A model generated the notes under the pieces. That model was not told the DNA's origin. It made no database searches and saw nothing but the letters and a program-made list of their open reading frames with translations. Of a stretch of 24,000 nucleotides of DNA, positions 16,431 to 22,676 are shown piece after piece (within the stretch, counting starts at the first letter, position 1; the number at the start of each line of letters is the position of its first letter). The stretch is from the NCBI GenBank assembly GCA_027295865.1, contig JAPUKB010000099.1, positions 1 through 24,000 of the forward strand, in the 5' to 3' direction. Source of the stretch: Nitrososphaerota archaeon (GTDB lineage: Archaea > Thermoproteota > Nitrososphaeria > Nitrososphaerales > UBA57). Position numbers and translations under genes: made by a program.

Positions 16431-16802
16431 TCAGGGTTTCTTCCCGACGACGATCTCGATGGTCGAGACGTTTCTAGCCTCTGACCCCTCGCCTAGCCGT
16501 TCCGTATCTATTTTGATGTCCTTTGTCTCATATGAACCCCCACCTAGTCGCTGGACTACAACCTCGGCTACGTCCACTGCCCGGGATATTACCAGCCCTC
16601 TCGCTTTGATTACTATTTCACCCGTCTGAGCCAACTGTATTAGGGCTGACATAGCATAGCTCATTACCGGCTTTTTGCCGATATACACATGATTCAGCGG
16701 AGTGCCTCCACTTTTGCCATTCATCGTTGATTCAGATGTTCCTATGGAATTCGAGGTAATTGGATTTGGTTTGCTCTCTATATTCGGTTGGCTTTCGGAC
16801 AT
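16431..16802 (-). CDS. albA: Chromatin/RNA-binding protein Alba, with an N-terminal low-complexity extension
   Basis: The core NHVYIGKKPVMSYAMSALIQLAQTGEIVIKARGLVISRAVDVAEVVVQRL...VSTIEIVV is a clear Alba fold sequence. ATG 16802 is about 26 nt from the AT-rich box. An alternative ATG at 16724 would remove the extension. Confidence 0.9.
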   Translation of the reverse strand: MSESQPNIESKPNPITSNSIGTSESTMNGKSGGTPLNHVYIGKKPVMSYAMSALIQLAQTGEIVIKARGLVISRAVDVAEVVVQRLGGGSYETKDIKIDTERLGEGSEARNVSTIEIVVGKKP

Positions 16803-16821
16803 TTTCTCTATTTTGCGAGAG

Positions 16822-16837
16822 AAATAATTATTTAAAG
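16822..16837. promoter_or_regulatory. Shared AT-rich TATA-like block (aaataattatttaaag) between divergent albA and the RAM-domain gene
   Basis: It lies about 26 nt from ATG 16802 on the minus strand and about 28 nt from ATG 16860 on the plus strand. This is consistent with two leaderless divergent transcripts. Confidence 0.45.
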
Positions 16838-16859
16838 ATGACGTCGCGGAGTAGAACTT

Positions 16860-17093
16860 ATGCCGAGGGCATACGTTCTAATCAACACTGATCCCGATGT
16901 AGAGGAGGAATTCATCCAAGAAGTCAGGCGGATCAACGGTGTGGTTTCCGCGGCCTCGGTCTATGGTATATACGACTTCATTATCATTGTCGAGGCCCAG
17001 ACTATGGAAATTGTAAAAGGGATAATTACTTCAAGAATACGGCGTCTGAGGAATGTTAAAGCTACAATAACTCTTGTAGAAGTAGATTCCTAG
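16860..17093 (+). CDS. Stand-alone Lrp/AsnC-type ligand-binding (RAM) domain protein
   Basis: 77 aa: MPRAYVLINTDPDVEEEFIQEVRRINGVVSAASVYGIYDFIIIVEAQTMEIVKGIITSRIRRLRNVKATITLV. This is the beta-alpha-beta-beta-alpha-beta pattern typical of AsnC_trans_reg domains, and it lacks the HTH. Confidence 0.78.
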   Translation: MPRAYVLINTDPDVEEEFIQEVRRINGVVSAASVYGIYDFIIIVEAQTMEIVKGIITSRIRRLRNVKATITLVEVDS

Positions 17094-17105
17094 TACCAAC
17101 AGAAA

Positions 17106-17444
17106 TCACTCCTTAAAATGAGAAATCGGAATATTAACGGATCTTCCGTCTGGCAGGGAGCGCCTAATCGATATAGGGAGCACTCCATCTCGAAGTTCCA
17201 TCATAGCCACCACGATAGGGTCGTAAACATTGGGAGGAATTTTTACAAACGGCGGGGCCCCTAGAGATATCTGAAGAGACCTTGTTCCAATAATCCTCGC
17301 TCTCTCAAATCGCGTCAGGTGAGGTGGCCCTATCTCGATTACAAAGGTCTTCTCTCCCGCTTTTGTCTTCCCCTTTGATTTTGATTTTCTTTCCGTTGTT
17401 CGCACAGGCGCCCTTCTTGTTGTACTTACCTTTGACATGTTCAT
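17106..17444 (-). CDS. rpoK: DNA-directed RNA polymerase subunit K (Rpo6/RPB6 homologue)
   Basis: The conserved core is [28 protein letters not shown]...[28 protein letters not shown] basic N-terminal extension of about 40 aa precedes it. An AT-rich box (17455..17469) lies upstream. Confidence 0.88.
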   Translation of the reverse strand: MNMSKVSTTRRAPVRTTERKSKSKGKTKAGEKTFVIEIGPPHLTRFERARIIGTRSLQISLGAPPFVKIPPNVYDPIVVAMMELRDGVLPISIRRSLPDGRSVNIPISHFKE

Positions 17445-17558
17445 GCTCCGAGGGATATAAGATATTAACAGGGTATTGGTTAGATATTTAAGATTATGGC
17501 TGATTTCTTTGGTGGCCAGACAAAAGCTAGTGGCTTACACAACTAGAAGGAATAGTCC

Positions 17559-17936
17559 ATGAGTTCCGTTTCGCGAATCAAGATTGCTATTCAAATCTCG
17601 ACTGGAGGACGGGTAGATGCCGAATTCCACAGACATTTGGCTCCGACCACAGTTGCCGCCTTGGTGGAGAAACGGACTCTCGACGGCTACGTCGTTAAGT
17701 TCGAAAATCAATTCATCTACATCCAAGTCGGTTTGATCCTCGGCGCAGAAAAGTCAAGACGAAAGTTCGTACCTGGAGAGATTGCTTTCATTCCGTCTAC
17801 TGGATCCTTAGCATTTTTCTTACAGCAGTCAACTTCTCTACTTCCCATGAATCCAATAGGGAAAATCATATCAGGAACAAGACCCTTGGAATCCCTGAAG
17901 CCAGGCACCAGATTAAGAGTTCGGGTGGAGGAGTGA
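17559..17936 (+). CDS. Cyclophilin-like domain protein (TM1367-like family)
   Basis: 125 aa. The C-terminal half PGEIAFIPSTGSLAFFLQQSTSLLPMNPIGKIISGTRPLESLKPGTRLRVRV matches the family pattern G(D/E)(I/V)(A/G)(Y/F)(W/I)P...(L/A)..F.......P...(I/V)GK(I/V)..G...L..(I/L)..G..(V/L).(V/F). Confidence 0.65.
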   Translation: MSSVSRIKIAIQISTGGRVDAEFHRHLAPTTVAALVEKRTLDGYVVKFENQFIYIQVGLILGAEKSRRKFVPGEIAFIPSTGSLAFFLQQSTSLLPMNPIGKIISGTRPLESLKPGTRLRVRVEE

Positions 17937-17964
17937 AAATATTCCAATTCTAGTTAATCAAGGC

Positions 17965-18171
17965 ATGACCATTCAGAGGAAGATTCAGATTATAGATCTC
18001 CTGTCACTTTTACTCTTTTTCGTGATGATCTCTGGCGCCTTATTAATCCTGACTCAGGACAATTTTCAATTTTTTTTTAACATAAGGTTGCTAGGTTTCG
18101 TCGGAATTCTGGCAGTGTTGGGAATTATCTTAATGAGGAAACGTCAGGACTATTTCGCAGAGACTCTTTGA
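17965..18171 (+). CDS. Candidate small membrane protein (68 aa, 2 TM helices)
   Basis: The sequence is MTIQRKIQIIDLLSLLLFFVMISGALLILTQ...LLGFVGILAVLGIILMRKRQDYF, with positive charges flanking the TM segments. Two caveats: it contains a T9 tract (18070..18078), and it overlaps the convergent gene by 22 nt. Confidence 0.4.
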   Translation: MTIQRKIQIIDLLSLLLFFVMISGALLILTQDNFQFFFNIRLLGFVGILAVLGIILMRKRQDYFAETL

Positions 18172-19013
18172 TCGCCAACGGTCCGGAGGAAGTTTAGGAT
18201 ACCCAAACCGGCTAGGATCGCTTCTTCACTCCTCACGGTTTCTACATTCTGGTCGGGGAACAGATTGACTGCGAAGGCACCGATGTCGGTAGGCTTGAGA
18301 TTCTCTCCTGCTAAGACCTCAAACAGTCCAAATCTAGGAGAACCAAAAATAACCAAAAACTTTCCATCGTTCGAAACCTTTTCGCTGATATCCATCCAAA
18401 TCTCCCTCAACGGCGTACCCTTCCTCGAAGTGAGCAGAACACTGGTTGGTCGGCTTCGAGAAACGATTGCCTTTAGGCTTTCTTCCTTTATGACCTCATA
18501 TCCCCAATATTGTCCAATCTCATTTCTCTCAACGACTCTTGAGCTGATCTTTGGTGGGCCTGAAGTTATGACAACCGTGACTCTTTCGGATTGTCGAGCT
18601 GTATCAGAAAGGGCAAGTGGTATGGTCATCTCAAGCCCGACATCTACGAGAGCATGACCACTTCGAAAGATAACAATCCCTTCTCTGATATCTCCCTTGT
18701 TCACAAGAGCCAGTGACTTCGGCACCTGGTGGGAAGGGATTTTTAGAGGTGGCAGTTGCCCCGCGAACCTAAGCTCCTCTCTTATTGGGTAGACCTTCTT
18801 CCTCAGGTATTGGGGGAGCACTAGATAATTCAGGAGCAATTCAATTAGGGGAGCTTCGTTCAAGGTGTGCCTAATGTTATAGAGATAGATTCTCTGAATC
18901 CCAAAAATAGCTGCTGCCCTTGCGATTGCTCCGGCTTTCTCGGTTTTCGCCCGCAGACCGGACCCATCTTCGAGCACGTTCGACGGGATGGCCACCCAAA
19001 TTTCTGAATGCAT
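18150..19013 (-). CDS. SPOUT-superfamily putative RNA methyltransferase (DUF171/Methyltrn_RNA_3, SPOUT1/C9orf114-like)
   Basis: The N-terminus VAIPSNVLEDGSGLRAKTEKAGAIARAAAIFGIQRIYLY is the family hallmark. It also has a central insert and a C-terminal FLVIFGSPRFGL...NLFPDQNVETVRSEEAILAGLGILN knot-like region. Confidence 0.75.
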   Translation of the reverse strand: MHSEIWVAIPSNVLEDGSGLRAKTEKAGAIARAAAIFGIQRIYLYNIRHTLNEAPLIELLLNYLVLPQYLRKKVYPIREELRFAGQLPPLKIPSHQVPKSLALVNKGDIREGIVIFRSGHALVDVGLEMTIPLALSDTARQSERVTVVITSGPPKISSRVVERNEIGQYWGYEVIKEESLKAIVSRSRPTSVLLTSRKGTPLREIWMDISEKVSNDGKFLVIFGSPRFGLFEVLAGENLKPTDIGAFAVNLFPDQNVETVRSEEAILAGLGILNFLRTVGDQRVSAK

Positions 19014-19032
19014 TAAAACAAAAGAGGACTCG

Positions 19033-20052
19033 TCATTTCAGAAATTTGCGAGCTCCAGCATGTGATGACATTTTCGGTTCTTGCAAGTCTTTTTGTCGAT
19101 TCAAAGATTGCCAATCATCTCCTTGGAAAAACTTGACAATCTTCTCGGCTAGTTGAAGAGATGCCTGTCTCTGTGCTTCGATTATCTGAGCGCCAATATG
19201 TGGAGTTGCGATCACATTAGGAAGCTTAAGAAGTTTATTCCCAACAGGTGGTTCCTTCCAGAATACGTCGAGAGCTGCTCCCGCAATTATCTTTTGCAAT
19301 AACGCTTGAAAGAGGTCTGATTCGACTACTAGATTTCCGCGAGCGGTGTTGATCAAGAAAGCTGATTTCTTCATCATGTCAAACTGCTCTTTCCCTATCA
19401 TATGGAGTGTTTCAGGTGTTGAAGGAACATGTAGGCTGACAAAATCTGAATTTCTCAATAGCTCTTCGAGTCCGACTTGCCTGACATTCAATTCAGTCAG
19501 CTTTGCAGATTCTATGATTTCCTTTTCAAACGCCAAGACCTCCATTTCGAGAGCGCTAGCCAGCTTTGCAGTTCTCCTGCCGATCCGACCAAAACCCACA
19601 ATTCCAAATTTCTTATCACGCAATTCGGTACCCATTGCAAAGTCTTTCAACCACTCGTCCTTTTTCAGAGCAGCATCAACGCGTGGGATGGACCTAGCTA
19701 GACTCACAGCCAACCCAATGGCGAGTTCGGCAACTGCATTCGTGGAAGCCTCTACTGATGTGAATACTGGAATGCTGAGATCTGCCGCCGCCTCTAGATC
19801 TATGTTATCAACTCCAGTTCCCGGCCTTCCGATTAGCTGGAGATTCTTTCCTGCTTCTAAGATTTCTCTTGTGAGCTTGGTCCTACTCCTAACAATAACA
19901 ATGTCCACTCCACTAATTTGTTCTTTAAGCTCATCTGAGGTAATTGTTGCTTTCTGCAGTATCTCGAATCCAGCCTCCGTAAGGGCCTTAACCCCTTCCG
20001 GCTCGAATTTATCGCAAATGAGAATGGTCTTCCTCTCTAACACGAGTACCAA
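19033..20052 (-). CDS. serA: D-isomer-specific 2-hydroxyacid dehydrogenase, D-3-phosphoglycerate dehydrogenase-like (no ACT domain)
   Basis: It has the NAD-binding GIVGFGRIGRRTAKLA, plus INTARGNLVVE, AALDVFWKEPP and ATPHIGAQ (catalytic His). 339 aa. The start is TTG 20052 or GTG 20043. The gene symbol is tentative because the substrate is not provable from sequence. Confidence 0.82.
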   Translation of the reverse strand: MVLVLERKTILICDKFEPEGVKALTEAGFEILQKATITSDELKEQISGVDIVIVRSRTKLTREILEAGKNLQLIGRPGTGVDNIDLEAAADLSIPVFTSVEASTNAVAELAIGLAVSLARSIPRVDAALKKDEWLKDFAMGTELRDKKFGIVGFGRIGRRTAKLASALEMEVLAFEKEIIESAKLTELNVRQVGLEELLRNSDFVSLHVPSTPETLHMIGKEQFDMMKKSAFLINTARGNLVVESDLFQALLQKIIAGAALDVFWKEPPVGNKLLKLPNVIATPHIGAQIIEAQRQASLQLAEKIVKFFQGDDWQSLNRQKDLQEPKMSSHAGARKFLK

Positions 20053-20148
20053 ACTGTCACCCCCTCACGGATAAGTAAATCTCTGGTTTTCCGACTATGT
20101 CTGGTAAGAACGAACTATTCTTATTTGAGATAAGCGGCAAAATCAGGG

Positions 20149-20544
20149 ATGGGAACAGACGATGAACTAGAGCATCTCCTAGCCAAGAAGATGAGGGAAA
20201 TGAAGCAGAGGATGGAGGCTTCTAAAGAGAAAGAGCAAGCAAAGGACAGGGCAACGCAGAGGATGCCTCTTTCGTCAAGGGAACGTCTCGCGTCTAGACT
20301 TGTAGATAGAGGCGTGGAAGTCCTCGAGACGGCTGAATCAGCCTATCCTAGAGAAACGCGGATGATAATCGAGAAGCTGGTTCCGCTCCTCGAATCCGGG
20401 CGAATTCGAGGAACAATTACAGGAGGAGAGCTTCTCGCTCTTTTTAGAAGCTTGGGAATGCGAGTCTCGGTCCAAACCACCATTTCGATACAGAAAGGTG
20501 GAAAACTAGTTTCTTTTGCAGAAAAACTCAAAGGGGAAGATTAG
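20149..20544 (+). CDS. PDCD5/TFAR19-like DNA-binding protein homologue
   Basis: It has a charged N-terminal helix (DDELEHLLAKKMREMKQRMEASKEKEQAKDR) and a helical bundle region (ARLSSR...YPRETRMIIEKLVPLLESGRIRGTITGGELLALFRSL). These resemble archaeal PDCD5-family proteins, which share the G.I.g.It..eL..ll pattern. A TATA-like attcttatttgag lies upstream. Confidence 0.62.
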   Translation: MGTDDELEHLLAKKMREMKQRMEASKEKEQAKDRATQRMPLSSRERLASRLVDRGVEVLETAESAYPRETRMIIEKLVPLLESGRIRGTITGGELLALFRSLGMRVSVQTTISIQKGGKLVSFAEKLKGED

Positions 20545-20547
20545 GGG

Positions 20548-22647
20548 CTACTCCTCAATCTCCTGGACTTTTCTGATGTCGTGAGTCTTCGGAGGGATTA
20601 CTGAGATAACAGTGAAATTTGATTCTCTGATCTTCGTATACTTCTCGTCATCGATTCCGAACTCTGAACAGAATTCCCTGAGCGGGGGGTCAACCAAATC
20701 CAAATCCACCTGAGATAGACGGCGATACTCGGACTTTAATGGCGCTGAATATTTGCTCCTATAGAGCGCTCGGATCTTCGAGAGGCCAGGTTCTGGGAGG
20801 CTGGCCTCAATCTTGTTGATACTCAAGTCGTCCATCGCCCTCAGTTTATTGAGCCCATCAATGTCAATATCACCATCATAGTACAGCGATTCCAGGTAGC
20901 TCAATATATCAGCTCTAGGTGGTGAGAGGCCGATCGAATCAGATCGTACCTTGCTCCGAATATAGATCGTGCCTCCTAACATTCCAGTTGCTACAAATTC
21001 ACCAACGAGCTGTCCAGGATAATCTGCGTCGATAGTATCTAGGCCCAAGAGAATTGCGACTCCCCCCGCCATGTACTCTCCAAAATAGTCATCACCTCGC
21101 CCACCGATTACCACTGCAGGTTTCGAGTCTCTGTATTCTCTCATTTGAATAACGGCTCTATTACCAACGTTCCCCCTTACCAAAATCCTTCCACCTTGTA
21201 ACGCTTGACCCAGTACATCTCTTGCATCACCATGGATTACTATCCTGCCAGAGTGCATTACATCCCCGACATCATCTGACGCGTTTCCCTGAACGACAAT
21301 GTTACCACCCTGGTTGAAGTTGCCTAGACAATTTCCAGCGATACCATGAAGTGCGAGCTTGGTGCCAACTTTGAGATTGAAGCCAATGTACCTGTGGCCA
21401 CTAACATTAATGACGCTCACTTCTTTGCTTCCCTCTGCAAATTCTGTCTTGATCTTGGAATTCAATTCGTGATAATTAAGACCGGCAGCATCCACAAACT
21501 GGGGAGTCGTGGTCGTTTTGGTCACTGAAAGCTTTTGAAGCTTTGGCGCACTTGTTTGGAGAGATCCGTAAAACATCTCTCGGTCTTCCCTTCCGCCCTC
21601 GATCAGCCCACGCTTTGTTGATGCCAGAATATACCTCCCAGGGGCAGGAGTCCATATCGTGGCGTGGGGGGAAATCGATCTAATCTGACACTCTTCACTA
21701 GCCACAAAATATCGGTCTCGATCCTCGCCGATGATAATTGGTCTGAACTTAGACCGATCAATGACTGCCAATAGGTAGGACTCATCGTCGTCGCCATAGC
21801 CGGCAACGACCGTGAACGGACCGTCTAACTGAGCTCCCCTAAATCTATGGATCAACCGACGAATATTAGATGCTTTTTCCGTTGCCATCCTAGAAAGGAG
21901 TCGGTCGTATGGATTCGTAAGGATGGTTCCAACATCCTCCATTGAGATTCCTTCGACCCTGGCAAGATAATCGACGAGGTATGCTATTACCTCGCTATCA
22001 GTACCAACAAGGCTGCCCACACCCCGAGATTGGAGAAACTTAAGATTAGCGCCAAAGGAACTAATATCACCATTATGTACTATTGCAACATTCCCAGACG
22101 AAAAGGGATGGGACCAAATTGGCAAAAGACCTGGAGAATTTGTAGGTTGTCTGGTATGTGCAATCCACATGTCGCCATTCACGGGTTCATCGAGAAGCCC
22201 ATACAGGTGCGCTACATCAAGGGGGTAGCCAACGTTCTTGTATACCTCGACCTTCCTCCCAAAGGAGTAGAATCTTCCCCTTATCATCTTGCCACCATTC
22301 ATAAGCTCTTCATTCAAGTTGTTGATCGCGATAGATACTGACGCGTCTGATGAAGCCTTTACATATAACTTCCAGGAACCGAACGTCATCCTATCTCCCC
22401 AAATAGGTTCTTCCTCGGATTGGATAGCAAGACCATGCATTTCCAATCCTCGAGTAATATACTCGCGTGTTTGGTCTCCGTCGATAAAGGCCTTGACGGT
22501 GTATAGATCACTTCCACGAGTGTTGAATGTCGCGAAACCAGCGCCTAAATTACTCCCGCGGTACCTAATGCACTCAATTGCCCTCACCACATCAGGACTA
22601 GATATCTTAGGTGAGTCTGGCTTTCGGATAATTCCAAAAACACCACA
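20548..22647 (-). CDS. Glutamate-synthase-like fusion protein: class II (Ntn) glutamine amidotransferase domain + GXGXG (GltB C-terminal/FwdC-like) domain + tail of about 130 aa; start unresolved
   Basis: The GATase part reads CGVFGIIRKP...IECIRYRGSNLGAGFA...HTRQPTNSPG...VHNGDISSFGANLKFLQSRG...TDSEV. The GXGXG part reads GIAGNCLGNFNQGGNIVVQGNASDDVGDVMHSGRIVIHGDARDVLGQALQGGRILVRGNVGNRA...VVIGGRGDDYFGEYMAGGVAILLG. The track starts at GTG 22590, but the in-frame conserved sequence including the catalytic Cys begins at 22647. Confidence 0.85.
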   Translation of the reverse strand, partial: CGVFGIIRKPDSPKISSPDVVRAIECIRYRGSNLGAGFATFNTRGSDLYTVKAFIDGDQTREYITRGLEMHGLAIQSEEEPIWGDRMTFGSWKLYVKASSDASVSIAINNLNEELMNGGKMIRGRFYSFGRKVEVYKNVGYPLDVAHLYGLLDEPVNGDMWIAHTRQPTNSPGLLPIWSHPFSSGNVAIVHNGDISSFGANLKFLQSRGVGSLVGTDSEVIAYLVDYLARVEGISMEDVGTILTNPYDRLLSRMATEKASNIRRLIHRFRGAQLDGPFTVVAGYGDDDESYLLAVIDRSKFRPIIIGEDRDRYFVASEECQIRSISPHATIWTPAPGRYILASTKRGLIEGGREDREMFYGSLQTSAPKLQKLSVTKTTTTPQFVDAAGLNYHELNSKIKTEFAEGSKEVSVINVSGHRYIGFNLKVGTKLALHGIAGNCLGNFNQGGNIVVQGNASDDVGDVMHSGRIVIHGDARDVLGQALQGGRILVRGNVGNRAVIQMREYRDSKPAVVIGGRGDDYFGEYMAGGVAILLGLDTIDADYPGQLVGEFVATGMLGGTIYIRSKVRSDSIGLSPPRADILSYLESLYYDGDIDIDGLNKLRAMDDLSINKIEASLPEPGLSKIRALYRSKYSAPLKSEYRRLSQVDLDLVDPPLREFCSEFGIDDEKYTKIRESNFTVISVIPPKTHDIRKVQEIEE

Positions 22648-22676
22648 CCCATCTTTGGAGAGGCGAATAGGAGAGA

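Noticed and set aside
17535-17947. Two minus-strand ORFs (63 aa and 76 aa) opposite the cyclophilin-like gene
   Set aside because: They are antisense to an ORF with a recognisable family pattern, and they are short with no motifs.
19346-20074. 242-aa plus-strand ORF
   Set aside because: It lies entirely antisense to the well-supported 2-hydroxyacid dehydrogenase gene. It is Ser/Leu/Thr-rich and low complexity with no motifs, which is typical of a shadow ORF.
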